This document shows positions 10,973 to 20,404 of a stretch of DNA of 64,000 bases, piece after piece. Below the pieces are notes generated by a model that did no database searches, was not told the DNA's origin, and worked only from the letters and a program-made list of their open reading frames with translations. Source of the stretch: an uncultured Bacillota bacterium (GTDB lineage: Bacteria; Bacillota; Clostridia; Peptostreptococcales; Anaerovoracaceae). The position numbers were made by a program, and so were the translations under genes. Every line of letters starts with the position of its first letter. Positions within the stretch are counted from its first letter, which is position 1. The stretch is taken from NCBI GenBank assembly GCA_949287095.1, contig CASEFA010000001.1:69320-133319 (forward strand). Direction: 5' to 3'.

Positions 10973-10999
10973 ACGTTCATATTTCCTGCCGCAGCTTCC

Positions 11000-11557
11000 T
11001 TAAAACCGGTCGCTGTAATTCAGCATGTTTCTTAAAAAGCCGCCTTTCGTCCCCGTTCCGGCGCCTGCCGTCCCCGAAGGAAAAAGCGTGTCATAGTACA
11101 CAAGATTTGCGAAAAATCCGTGCTCATCCGCCTGTATAAGGGCGCAGGCTCCGCCTTTGCCGTCTCTGGGTCTCGTGAGGCTTCCCGGATTAATTACGTA
11201 TATTCCGTTCATATCCTCACAGAGTGAGACGTGGGTATGTCCAAAGCAGACGGCGCGGCATCCTCTCTCTTCAGCAGCATACAGGACTGCGTTAAGGTCG
11301 TAATCCACCCCTTCAGCGTGACCGTGAGTAACCATTATGTCCCCTGCAGGAGTTCCTACTATCCGCACGTCCCGTGAAGCGCCGTCGCAGTTTCCCGAAA
11401 CCGCCTCCACAGGAGCACCGGTAAGTTCCGACAGTCTCCTGCCGTCATCCCGGTAATCTCCGCAGTGAATAATCAGGTCCGCCCCGCCGGTCTTCTCATA
11501 AATCCTGTACGCTTTATCTATCTGCCCGTGGGTATCGCTTACAACAAATATCTTCAT
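11000..11557 (-). CDS. YfcE/MJ0936-family metallophosphoesterase
   Basis: MKIFVVSDTHG...CGDY...GNCD...THGH...GHTH motif series. The track start at 11659 would overlap dsdA by about 100 nt, so ATG 11557 is preferred. Confidence 0.8.
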   Translation of the reverse strand: MKIFVVSDTHGQIDKAYRIYEKTGGADLIIHCGDYRDDGRRLSELTGAPVEAVSGNCDGASRDVRIVGTPAGDIMVTHGHAEGVDYDLNAVLYAAEERGCRAVCFGHTHVSLCEDMNGIYVINPGSLTRPRDGKGGACALIQADEHGFFANLVYYDTLFPSGTAGAGTGTKGGFLRNMLNYSDRF

Positions 11558-11561
11558 ATTA

Positions 11562-12875
11562 TTATATGCTTTCCTTCCCCATGGCATAGTATTTATCCAT
11601 TTCTTCTCTCGGAACCATGCTTCCGCCCGTAGCCCATATAATGTGAACCGCATTGTCAAGCTTGTCCTTCAGGCCGTTCTTTATGAGATACGCTTCGGAA
11701 GCCAGCACGTGATGAGGCCCCGTAAAGCAGGCGCACGCCGACGGCTCCACCTCTATTCCCTCCGAATCCTTAAGTTCAGCCAGGAAAGGATAGAGCTTTT
11801 CGTCGTTTATGGTAAAGCAGCCGTCGAGAAGCGATTCCATAATGGTTCCCACCAGTCTTGAAGCTCTTCCCACAGCCAGTCCGTCGGCTGCGGTTTTACC
11901 GTCGAGACCTATGTCCTGAACAGAAATTTTATCGTTGAGTCCCGTCATCATTCCGAGGGTCATACACGGCGCATGGGTAGGCTCTCCGAAGAATACGTGG
12001 ATATTCTTCCCGAACACCTCTTTAAGTCCGAAGGTTATTCCTCCCGGCGCTCCCCCTACTCCGCAAGGTATGTACACAAATACCGGATGGTCATCGTCGC
12101 AGAGGATGCCCTGTTCCTCAAACTGCGCAACTATGCGCCTTGCGGCTACAGAATAACCGAGGAACAGATCCGCCGATCCCTCGTCGTCTACAAAGTGGCA
12201 CTTCTTATCGCCTGCCGCCAGCCGTCTTCCCTCAGCCACGGCTTTCTGGTAATCGTCCTCGTACTCAACCACAGTAACGCCCTTGGATCTGAGCAGATCC
12301 TTCTTCCACTGGCGTGCGTCGGCGGACATGTGGACGGTTACCTTGAATCCCAGCTTTGCACTGATTATTCCTATGGAAAGTCCCAGGTTTCCTGTGGATC
12401 CCACCGCCACGCTGTACTGACCGAAAAGTTCCATGAATCTGTCTTCCGTCAGTACGCTGTAGTCGTCGTCTCTCGTCAGCATGCCTTTCTCAGTTGCAAC
12501 TTTCTCCGCAAACTTCAGAACTTCATATATTCCGCCTCTCGCTTTCACCGAACCGGAAACGGCAAGGTGGCTGTCACACTTGAGAAACAGTCTTCCCGGA
12601 ACAGCGGCGCCGGCGTCCTTTTCCAGCTGTCTCTTCATGGCCGGAATCTCCTTAAGCGGTGATTCTATTATGCCTCCGGTGATTTCCGTCTCCGGGAACG
12701 CTTTCATTATATACGGCGCAAAACGCGCAAGTCTCGCCTCGGCATCCTCAATGTCCTTAAGTCCGAAAGGAATCACCATCTCCCCTCCGGATTTTTCGTT
12801 CAGCCACATGATTTCTCTGCACTCCACCATGTCGCTTATCATCGGATATTCCAACTTCAGCTTATCTACGTCCAT
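11562..12875 (-). CDS. dsdA: D-serine ammonia-lyase (D-serine dehydratase family, PLP)
   Basis: 437 aa. ...[20 protein letters not shown]... PLP-lysine region and the overall DsdA-like N-terminus (EIMWLNEK). Confidence 0.8.
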   Translation of the reverse strand: MDVDKLKLEYPMISDMVECREIMWLNEKSGGEMVIPFGLKDIEDAEARLARFAPYIMKAFPETEITGGIIESPLKEIPAMKRQLEKDAGAAVPGRLFLKCDSHLAVSGSVKARGGIYEVLKFAEKVATEKGMLTRDDDYSVLTEDRFMELFGQYSVAVGSTGNLGLSIGIISAKLGFKVTVHMSADARQWKKDLLRSKGVTVVEYEDDYQKAVAEGRRLAAGDKKCHFVDDEGSADLFLGYSVAARRIVAQFEEQGILCDDDHPVFVYIPCGVGGAPGGITFGLKEVFGKNIHVFFGEPTHAPCMTLGMMTGLNDKISVQDIGLDGKTAADGLAVGRASRLVGTIMESLLDGCFTINDEKLYPFLAELKDSEGIEVEPSACACFTGPHHVLASEAYLIKNGLKDKLDNAVHIIWATGGSMVPREEMDKYYAMGKESI

Positions 12876-12890
12876 CTTTCCCTCCTGTGT

Positions 12891-14960
12891 CTACAGTCCG
12901 TACTTTAACTTCTTCCTTGCGAACGTCGTCTGAGGCAGTCCCAGAATATCCGCCGCCTTCCTCGTCGTTCCGCCCTTTTTTATTGCATATTCTATAAGCT
13001 GTCTTTCCTGTCTTTCCATGATTTCATGGAAATCAACTCTGTTTTTCTCCTCCAGATCCACTGCGATGCTGAAGTGATCGGAGCCTTCGTTTTCCGAAAG
13101 GACCCTGGCCGTTCTTTCTGCTGATATTACAGCTCCATCAGCGCTTATAACCAGCCTGTGAACTACGTTTTCCAGTTCTCGCACATTGCCCGGCCAGTTA
13201 TATCTGTAAAGGACGTCAAGAGCTCCTGCCGACAGCTTCCTGCTTACGTTATACTTCTTCGCCCACTCGCTGACAAAGGCTTCAGCCAGACACCCTATGT
13301 CCTCTCTCCTGTTTCTGAGAGGAGGAACGTCTATGCAGCAGATGTTAAGCCTGTAAAAAAGGTCCTCCCTGAACGCGCCGGCATTTACAAGTTCTCTGAG
13401 AGGCACATTGTTGGCGGCAATGACTCTCACGTTTACGGAAACCTGGTGAGTTCCGCCTACCCTGTAGAAAGTGTTCTCCTGGAGAACCCTGAGAAGCTTG
13501 GACTGCATCGAAAGGGACAGGGTTCCTATCTCGTCCAGGAAGAGTATACCGTTATCGGCCATCTCAAAATATCCCTTTTTCCCTGCAGACGACGCTCCGG
13601 TAAAGGAACCCGGCTCATATCCGAAGAATTCCGATTCTGCCAGATTCTCGTGAATGGTGGCGCAGTTTATCTTGACGCACGGCATGGCGTGCCTTTCGCT
13701 GTTCTGATGTATTATGGAAAGAACTTTTTCCTTACCTGTTCCGGTTTCGCCCTGGATGATGACGTTGCAGTCGTACTTCGCAATGTTCATCACCTCTTCC
13801 ACCATTCTGGCGGTCACGGGACTCTGATATATGAAATCTCCCGCCCTTCCGGTGGCGAATATGTCCTGGCTCTTTGCGCGGCTTTCCGTAACGGCCAAAG
13901 GAACGGGTTTTCTTCCGTACATTTCATCGAGTCTGTCAAGTACAGTCTTTGACGAGCGTACCACATCCATAGTGAACACAGGGTAGTCCCTTATATACTG
14001 GTCAAAGAGGAACATGTATACCGACTTTCCTATGGATTCGGCCACCGTCTGAGCTATGGCATAGTGATTCTCCACCGTGGTAAAGTATATGCATCCCCAA
14101 GGTCTTGCCATAAACACGGCAAGAGTCTCCGCCCCGTAAATATCCTCGGCGACTATTACCATGTCGGCGCCGCAGCACTGCCTGTCCTCCGCCTTAAGCC
14201 TTTCGTAGGTATCCGCAGGGTCCGACAGGTCTGCCAGGATCACGTGATCCACATCCGGTGATACTGCAGCTTCTATAGTCTCTATGTCCAGCTCCCCTCT
14301 CAGGTTTTCATCGATTATGGCAGTAACCTCTGCAGACGGAGATGCTTTTTTCACTGCAGAAGCGTAGATAACAGACGTACAGGCGTTTCTTCCTATTACG
14401 GCGATGTTTACGGCACCTCTCTCTTCTGCCATGTTTCTCGCAGTGAGGAGACAGCCCGCCTCGTTTATGGCGGACATGGTATAAGTTTCCCCCAGAGTCT
14501 CATCTGCGGCAAAAACAGGAGACGTTTCAAAAAGTACTGCGTGTCCCTTCACCTCTATCTGTCCGTAGTTGAAGTCAACGTTTCCTATCTCATCGATATC
14601 AATCGGGATGCCGCAAAGAGAAGCAAGACAGTATACGCGGTCCCCCTCTCTGAGCGGACCTTCATATGCTCTGCCCGTCTTTTCAACGGCGCCGAGAAGA
14701 CATCCTCCCGTCCCCGTAAACGGATTATGCATCTTTCCCCTCTTGTCTACTATGTCCAGTATCTTAGCCCGTATCCGGTTCTCATTAAAACCGCAACTGC
14801 TGCATATCTGCTGGAAGCTGTCCCACTCTATATTAAGCTTTTCAATACCGACCAGAACTTCCCGGTCTGATATTTCCGTGCTGTTGTCCAGTTTCCATGC
14901 AGTTGCCGGAACAGCACCTTTCGGTTCCAGCACCCGGCTGACTCCAAAATCCTTACTCAT
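12891..14960 (-). CDS. sigma54-dependent transcriptional activator with an enzyme-like (3,5-diaminohexanoate-dehydrogenase-like) N-terminal domain
   Basis: AAA+ core with GETGTGKE Walker A, GSFTGA sigma54-contact loop, LFLDEIG Walker B, and a C-terminal Fis-type HTH (TTRKAADILGLPQTTFARKKLKYGL). About 350 N-terminal residues contain no receiver, PAS or GAF motifs. ATG 14960 with GGGAGA upstream is preferred over TTG 14984. Confidence 0.85.
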   Translation of the reverse strand: MSKDFGVSRVLEPKGAVPATAWKLDNSTEISDREVLVGIEKLNIEWDSFQQICSSCGFNENRIRAKILDIVDKRGKMHNPFTGTGGCLLGAVEKTGRAYEGPLREGDRVYCLASLCGIPIDIDEIGNVDFNYGQIEVKGHAVLFETSPVFAADETLGETYTMSAINEAGCLLTARNMAEERGAVNIAVIGRNACTSVIYASAVKKASPSAEVTAIIDENLRGELDIETIEAAVSPDVDHVILADLSDPADTYERLKAEDRQCCGADMVIVAEDIYGAETLAVFMARPWGCIYFTTVENHYAIAQTVAESIGKSVYMFLFDQYIRDYPVFTMDVVRSSKTVLDRLDEMYGRKPVPLAVTESRAKSQDIFATGRAGDFIYQSPVTARMVEEVMNIAKYDCNVIIQGETGTGKEKVLSIIHQNSERHAMPCVKINCATIHENLAESEFFGYEPGSFTGASSAGKKGYFEMADNGILFLDEIGTLSLSMQSKLLRVLQENTFYRVGGTHQVSVNVRVIAANNVPLRELVNAGAFREDLFYRLNICCIDVPPLRNRREDIGCLAEAFVSEWAKKYNVSRKLSAGALDVLYRYNWPGNVRELENVVHRLVISADGAVISAERTARVLSENEGSDHFSIAVDLEEKNRVDFHEIMERQERQLIEYAIKKGGTTRKAADILGLPQTTFARKKLKYGL

Positions 14961-15044
14961 TTTTTCTCCCAATATCGTATTCAATTACACGTTAGCTCCT
15001 ATTATGGTATTATTTCGGACAAAAAAAGTCAATGGTAATCACCG

Positions 15045-15079
15045 TTTTTGGAACACGAATTCAGTGTATATTCCAAAAA
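15045..15079. promoter_or_regulatory. 9-bp inverted repeat, candidate activator-binding site (UAS)
   Basis: TTTTTGGAA-N17-TTCCAAAAA, centred about 100 nt upstream of the -24/-12 promoter at 15160. Confidence 0.3.
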
Positions 15080-15159
15080 TGGGTCAAATGTGCCTGCGTT
15101 CACCTTCATCAGACACTGAAAACCCCGGCTTTGCCTGTATGTTAACTTTTTGGCAATTA

Positions 15160-15175
15160 TGGCACGGTAATTGCT
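15160..15175 (+). promoter_or_regulatory. sigma54 -24/-12 promoter
   Basis: TGGCACggtaaTTGCT, exact TGGCAC-N5-TTGCW spacing, about 70 nt upstream of the NhaC-family gene and divergent from the sigma54 activator gene. Confidence 0.75.
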
Positions 15176-15247
15176 TTTTAAGGGAGTACTCGCAATTATC
15201 AGAACGGGGTATGACATTTACCCGGAAATATGGAAAAGGAGACAGAT

Positions 15248-16756
15248 ATGAGTTTTCTAAAAGCATTTATTAAATTCGTACCGGTGTTCGTCCTTGCGGC
15301 TCTCATGATTATGGGATGGGACGCCCTCATCGCGGCACCACTTGCGACAATCGCGGCGGTTATAATCGCCAACCTTACCGAAAAGCTTAAGTTCAACGAC
15401 TGCCTTAAGGCGGCAATGGACAGCGTGGGCAACATTCTCGTGGCCCTGTTCATTCTCATGTTCGCATACGCCATGGCAAGCGCGTTCATGACCACGGGCG
15501 TAGGAGCATCCGTTGTAAACCTTGCTCTTTCCGTAGGCGTTACCGCTAGAACCACGGCGGTTATCGGACTTTTCGTTACCGGTATTCTTTCCGTTGCTAC
15601 GGGAACCTCCTGGGGAACCTTCGCGGCATGCGCACCTATATTCCTGTGGCTCATCCACATCGTAGACCCTAACTGCGCAGAGACCGGAAGCCTTCTCCTC
15701 ACCACCTGCGCTATCGCAGGCGGAGCATGCTTCGGAGACAACATCGGACTCATCTCCGATACCACTATCGTATCCTCCGGTATTCAGGGCGTAGAGGTAG
15801 TAGACAGAGTAAGAACCCAGGGCGTATGGTCTGTATCATGTCTCATTCTGGCAGGCGTATGCTTCTTCATCGCAGCCACCGTAATGGGACTTCCTAACAC
15901 TGCGGCTGATACCAGCGGCGTTCTGGACGCAATCCCTCAGAGCGGTCTCGACTACCTGGCAGTTGAAAGGCCTGAGGCTATAGACCTTCTCAATCAGGTC
16001 GAAAGCGGTGTATCCTATATAATGATTATTCCGCTCATACTGGTAATCGTCTTTGCAGTCATAGGCTTCAACACCTTTGCCTGCATCGGAACAGGTATAC
16101 TTTCCGCATACATCCTCGGAATCTTTGCCGGAACCACCAGCTTCACAGCAGCAGGTATCACCGAATATCTGGAGCTGTGCATGGACGGATTCGCAGACGC
16201 CGGTTCATGGGTAGTGGTAATGATGATGTGGGTTGCAGCCTTTGGCGGAATCATGGGCAAGATGCACGCCTTCGAGCCGCTTTCCAAGCTCATCGTTTCG
16301 GTTTCCAGAAACGTTAAGCAGCTTATGACCTGCAACGGTCTCCTCTGCCTCATCGGCAACGCCGTTCTCTCCGACGAGATGGCTCAGATCGTAACCGTAG
16401 GTCCTATCACCAAGAACATCGTAGAGGAAAATCTGGAAGGAACCGAAGAGGCTATGTACTCCATAAAGCTGAGAAACGCCACCTTCGGCGATGCCATGGG
16501 CGTGTTCGGCTCCCAGCTTATTCCCTGGCACGTATACCTCGCGTTCTACGTAGGTATCGCCGTAAACGTATATCCGCTGTTCGAGTTCAGCAACACAGAT
16601 TTCATAAAGTACAACTTCATGGCTATGATCGCTGTGGCATCCATGCTTCTCCTCACCCTTACCGGTGCAGACAGATTCGTTCCGCTGTTCAGAATGGCAA
16701 GAGAGCCGGAAATCCAGCTCAAGAAAAACATCAAAAAAGAAGAAGCCGCAGCTTAA
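15248..16756 (+). CDS. NhaC-family (Na+/H+ antiporter-like) transporter, probable amino-acid carrier
   Basis: About 500-aa polytopic protein with GTSWGTFAACAPIF and GACFGDNIGLISDTT motifs typical of the NhaC C-terminal domain family. GGAG precedes ATG 15248 by 6 nt, so this start is preferred over 15230. Confidence 0.8.
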   Translation: MSFLKAFIKFVPVFVLAALMIMGWDALIAAPLATIAAVIIANLTEKLKFNDCLKAAMDSVGNILVALFILMFAYAMASAFMTTGVGASVVNLALSVGVTARTTAVIGLFVTGILSVATGTSWGTFAACAPIFLWLIHIVDPNCAETGSLLLTTCAIAGGACFGDNIGLISDTTIVSSGIQGVEVVDRVRTQGVWSVSCLILAGVCFFIAATVMGLPNTAADTSGVLDAIPQSGLDYLAVERPEAIDLLNQVESGVSYIMIIPLILVIVFAVIGFNTFACIGTGILSAYILGIFAGTTSFTAAGITEYLELCMDGFADAGSWVVVMMMWVAAFGGIMGKMHAFEPLSKLIVSVSRNVKQLMTCNGLLCLIGNAVLSDEMAQIVTVGPITKNIVEENLEGTEEAMYSIKLRNATFGDAMGVFGSQLIPWHVYLAFYVGIAVNVYPLFEFSNTDFIKYNFMAMIAVASMLLLTLTGADRFVPLFRMAREPEIQLKKNIKKEEAAA

Positions 16757-16786
16757 ATCCGGCTTCCTTACTCCTCTTTATATAAG

Positions 16787-16822
16787 ACGGCCGCCCGGCT
16801 TTGCACCGGGCGGTCTCTTTTT
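16787..16822 (+). terminator. rho-independent terminator
   Basis: CCGCCCGG-ctttgca-CCGGGCGG followed by TCTCTTTTT. Confidence 0.75.
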
Positions 16823-16942
16823 GTTCTGTATAGTATCGTAGGTTGTACAAACTTATGTCCCATGAAAATCGCTCATGATAGCAGATTATGCGAGAAGAAG
16901 CCAGTCATCCCCCTGCGCACAAAGACCGCGACGGCAATTATT

Positions 16943-17116
16943 TTAAGTTAATACCTCATTAAGCAATTCAATTACCGCAATTCCAACCATAATCCCCAAC
17001 ACCGCATATGCTGTTTTTTTGTATCCTTTCTTTTCTAAGAACAGAAACAAAAGTGCACATACGATTGAATCTACATAAGAAAATGCTTTCCACAATAGTT
17101 CCAGTATTTCCATCAT
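16943..17116 (-). CDS. possible 57-aa two-helix membrane peptide
   Basis: Below the ORF-track size cutoff. Hand translation gives MMEILELLWKAFSYVDSIVCALLFLFLEKKGYKKTAYAVLGIMVGIAVIELLNEVLT. Only a weak ribosome-binding site (GGGGCGTGAG). Confidence 0.25.
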   Translation of the reverse strand: MMEILELLWKAFSYVDSIVCALLFLFLEKKGYKKTAYAVLGIMVGIAVIELLNEVLT

Positions 17117-17206
17117 TGCAACTCACGCCCCAAATAAAATATTGTCACTTTTATCACGGCTGCTGCCTTCAACACTCTACCACCGAGCACTGACTTTTTC
17201 AGTTCC

Positions 17207-17653
17207 CTATGCTTTCAGTCTGACTACTTTGTCGGCGCCGTAGTCTGCCTTTTCCTCGGATTCGACAAAGTGCAATTCGACGGAGTCCATATCCGGGCTC
17301 ACCATTGCCATGGCGAAGTATGATCCATCAGGGTTGTACAGGTGTACCGCGTACAATCCTGTGTATGTCAGGCTCATCTTCATCATCACAGGATATTCAG
17401 TTTCGTCAATGGTCAGAGTCCCCGTTGCAATTCGCCACTTCTCACCGGAGCTTCGCCCGGGTAAAAGTCTGAATGTACCATCAAAACTTCCCTCCGAGCC
17501 ATCTCCCGAAAGCTCTACGGAAACTTCCTTTTCGTTATACTGCCAAACCGAATAGTATTTTATACTGACAAAGGCCGCTGCGGCTATAAGCAGCACTACC
17601 ACTATCACCACTGCCATTGTCTTTCTCTTTACTCTGCGCTTAGCTACTCCCAT
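17207..17653 (-). CDS. hypothetical membrane-anchored protein
   Basis: 148 aa. Basic N-terminus plus one TM helix (MAVVIVVVLLIAAAAFV), then a beta-rich extracytoplasmic part. Overlaps the upstream stop. Confidence 0.5.
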   Translation of the reverse strand: MGVAKRRVKRKTMAVVIVVVLLIAAAAFVSIKYYSVWQYNEKEVSVELSGDGSEGSFDGTFRLLPGRSSGEKWRIATGTLTIDETEYPVMMKMSLTYTGLYAVHLYNPDGSYFAMAMVSPDMDSVELHFVESEEKADYGADKVVRLKA

Positions 17654-18306
17654 ATTATCGCCTCCTGAACATCGTCACCGCTTATGGTTTCGATGAGTTT
17701 TCCGCCCTTGTCGAAAAGCTCTATTTTTTCGGCTTCTAATACCCCTTCACACGTGAACACTCCGTTTGTTACGGAAGCGGATAAAGCTTTGCCTTCCGAG
17801 CCGTAAATCTTAATTTGAGCGGTACTTTCCGGAACCTTGCCATACATGATGTTTATCTGATTGGATTTATCGCCGCTTTCGTAGCAGTCGAGCACATACC
17901 GCATGTCCGTTGGCTTAAACGACTCGTCATACCTTACGAACGAATCAAAGCGATACTTCACATCGGGCTTTCCGTCCGTCCAGTAAACCGGTGCCAGACA
18001 AATGTATTCCTTAGATTCTCTGACTCCGTCATAAGAATAGGTCACATAGGACATGACGCTGCCGGCAGCAGTTTCCCTGGGTTCCGAAACCTCGCAGATG
18101 GTCAGGTTATCGTAATCTATCTTATCCTCATCAAGCTTTGCTTCTATTTGCTTCACATATTCGCCTGAAGACGCAGTCAAAGCCGCTTTTCTCATATCAT
18201 CTCCTGTCATCTTGGCATTTCCGCAGGCAGACGACGCGAAGCTTAGAGCCACCAGCGCCACCGCAACAATTATTTTCTTTTTGCCATATACTTTTCTTTC
18301 ACTCAT
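17644..18306 (-). CDS. hypothetical lipoprotein
   Basis: 220 aa. Signal peptide with lipobox LSFASSAC. Confidence 0.6.
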   Translation of the reverse strand: MSERKVYGKKKIIVAVALVALSFASSACGNAKMTGDDMRKAALTASSGEYVKQIEAKLDEDKIDYDNLTICEVSEPRETAAGSVMSYVTYSYDGVRESKEYICLAPVYWTDGKPDVKYRFDSFVRYDESFKPTDMRYVLDCYESGDKSNQINIMYGKVPESTAQIKIYGSEGKALSASVTNGVFTCEGVLEAEKIELFDKGGKLIETISGDDVQEAIIWE

Positions 18307-18342
18307 GCCCTCACCCTCCTTTTGGTTTCAATATCACATTTA

Positions 18343-18978
18343 TCATCTCAGCGAGAGATAAATTTTCTCTGCCTCGCCAGTTGAAATCACTCCGTAAACC
18401 TCTATTAGCAAATTCCCCTTTCTGAAAAGATATGACTTGTATTCACCATAATCCAATATTACTACCTGAGTCCCCCTCTCAGTATTTTTGAAGTGAATTC
18501 CTCCCGGCGGTTTCTCCATGTTGCTTGAACTCATTGCAGCATTTCTTTGCCTTATATACAGCCAGTCTCCGCTGCTATTTTCATAAAACTGCCAGAAATA
18601 CCGACCTGCTTTTCCTCCATCAAAGTGGAAGTTGTAATCCTCTGGAATATATATAACTTCGAAAAACTTTACTGGAATTCCCTCTAAACTCTCCGTTTCA
18701 GCATCAGGCGCTATTTTGACGTATTCATCTCCTATATCGAATTCCAATCCTAACGAACTCTTTGTTCCCATTACAGCTAATACGACAAATCCTGATATCA
18801 CCACTGTAAGTAGTATAATACATACCATAATCGTCTTAAACCGCCGTCTAAAGCTGCCGTGACTGACTTCCGAGTATTGATTTTCGTTGGTAAAAGTATT
18901 TATATAACCAATTCTAGCCTCTCTTACTGCAAGCGCGTACTCTTTTAGTATCTTCCCTGCGCGTCGTCTATCGCCCAT
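18343..18978 (-). CDS. membrane protein, probable anti-sigma partner (DUF4367-like C-terminus)
   Basis: Single TM helix (IMVCIILLTVVISGFVVLAV). C-terminal ...YLFRKGNLLIEVYGVISTGEAEKIYLSL resembles DUF4367. Overlaps the sigma-factor stop. ATG 18978 with GAGGGG upstream is preferred over GTG 18987. Confidence 0.55.
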   Translation of the reverse strand: MGDRRRAGKILKEYALAVREARIGYINTFTNENQYSEVSHGSFRRRFKTIMVCIILLTVVISGFVVLAVMGTKSSLGLEFDIGDEYVKIAPDAETESLEGIPVKFFEVIYIPEDYNFHFDGGKAGRYFWQFYENSSGDWLYIRQRNAAMSSSNMEKPPGGIHFKNTERGTQVVILDYGEYKSYLFRKGNLLIEVYGVISTGEAEKIYLSLR

Positions 18979-19519
18979 CACTTTCACCCCTCAGACACGT
19001 TCTCAGTTTTACTAGTGCGCGCTGTATGCGTTTATAAACAAAGTCCGGATTTTTTTCCATCATTTCCGCTATTTCTTTCACGCTGTATCCGTCAGCAAAT
19101 CTGTAGACCAGGATGTCCTTATCGAGCTCATCGAGAGAGGACAACAGCTCCAGAACGTCCTCTCCCAGACCTCTCTCATCACAAAACGCTTCTATATCTA
19201 AATCTCCCTTTATGTTATTAACCTCTTCATCATCGTAAAATTGGACATCTCTCTGAAAATTTTTATTTATTTTTTCACGCATAGTCAGAGCTTCGTTTTT
19301 GGTAACTGTGTAAATATAGTTCTTAGACTTTGCAGAGTCTACATCGTCAAGCTTGTCCAGATTCTTAGAAAGCGCTAAGAGAGATTCCTGCACACTGTCT
19401 TCAGCGTACTGGTAATCCCTTATAATCGAATATGCCAGATTTTTCATCATGGCCCCATATCTAGCATAAATTTCCTCTATGCTTTTTTTCACAATACGTG
19501 CTGCCGTGAGTATAAACAT
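18968..19519 (-). CDS. sigma-70 family (ECF-like) RNA polymerase sigma factor
   Basis: 183 aa. Region 2 (YSIIRDYQYAEDSVQESLLAL) and region 4 HTH (YSVKEIAEMMEKNPDFVYKRIQRALVKL). Confidence 0.8.
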   Translation of the reverse strand: MFILTAARIVKKSIEEIYARYGAMMKNLAYSIIRDYQYAEDSVQESLLALSKNLDKLDDVDSAKSKNYIYTVTKNEALTMREKINKNFQRDVQFYDDEEVNNIKGDLDIEAFCDERGLGEDVLELLSSLDELDKDILVYRFADGYSVKEIAEMMEKNPDFVYKRIQRALVKLRTCLRGESDGR

Positions 19520-19605
19520 GTCTTCGCCCCGTATCCTGAGTAATATCTACAGCTTTCTCCGAGGAAATTGTAACACATTTATATAATTTTCGCAATTGTT
19601 TTTCT

Positions 19606-19680
19606 TTTTTCGAAGCAGAAAAACGCCCGGAATCTGTATCCGGCTCCGCGATGAAGCCGAAAGATTTCGGGGCGTTTTTA
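19606..19680 (-). terminator. compound hairpin terminator after phoU
   Basis: Minus strand AAAAACGCCCC...two inner hairpins...GGGCGTTTTTCTGCTTCGAAAAAAG. Confidence 0.55.
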
Positions 19681-19735
19681 TATATTTGACACACTTTCTT
19701 ATTTCTGTTTCGCCGTGCATTGCTGCCGCGATGCA

Positions 19736-20404
19736 CTATTTGTCGGCGTAGCGTTCCTCGCGGGAGAGGTGCTCGCCAAGGATGGAAAACTCCACCCACT
19801 CGGCGATGTTTACGGCATGGTCGCCTATTCTCTCCAGGTATTTCGCTATCATCATAAGGTCGAGACAGAGCTCTGCCGAAGCCTCGCCACCGCGGATGAA
19901 GGCTATTATGTCCTGTCTCATCTTGTTGAACACTTCGTCCACAATGTCGTCGTCACGCATAACCTGATGAGCAAGCTTAAGGTCTTTGTCCACGAAGGAT
20001 CTTACCGCATCGGCCACCATCTTCGTCGCGGCGTCGGACATCTTCTTGAGATGAGTATGAGTCTGAGCATCCGTTCCCTTGATAATGCCCGCTATCTCGG
20101 CAATGTCGGAGGCCTGGTCGCCGATTCTTTCCATGTCTGAAATCATCTTGAGGGCGGAGGATATCACTCTCAAATCTCTTGCCACCGGCTGCTGCTGGAG
20201 GAGAAGCTTGAGACAGAGGTTTTCTATCTCCTTTTCTTTCTCGTCTATTTCGTGGTCGGTGTCCACTGCGATATTCAGCATTTCCTCGCTGCCGTCAAAG
20301 AGGCCTTTCATGGCGTTTGAAACCGCCAGCTCACAAAGGCTTCCCATTTTTATAAGCTCTACGTTAAGCAGCGCGAGCTGCTCGTCGAATCTGTTTCTCA
20401 TCAA
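19736..20404 (-). CDS. phoU: phosphate transport regulator PhoU
   Basis: 222 aa. Duplicated E(R)IGD motifs ([26 protein letters not shown]). Confidence 0.9.
   Translation of the reverse strand: MMRNRFDEQLALLNVELIKMGSLCELAVSNAMKGLFDGSEEMLNIAVDTDHEIDEKEKEIENLCLKLLLQQQPVARDLRVISSALKMISDMERIGDQASDIAEIAGIIKGTDAQTHTHLKKMSDAATKMVADAVRSFVDKDLKLAHQVMRDDDIVDEVFNKMRQDIIAFIRGGEASAELCLDLMMIAKYLERIGDHAVNIAEWVEFSILGEHLSREERYADK

Noticed and set aside
19606-19680. GAAGCCGAAAGATTTCGGGGCGTTTTT downstream of phoU resembles the GCCGAA...TTCGGC hairpins of the element at 56665-56865.
   Set aside because: It is a single compound hairpin flanked by A and T runs, exactly where the pst-phoU terminator is expected. 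There is no second inverted copy and no nested arms. It is treated as a terminator, not a repeat copy.
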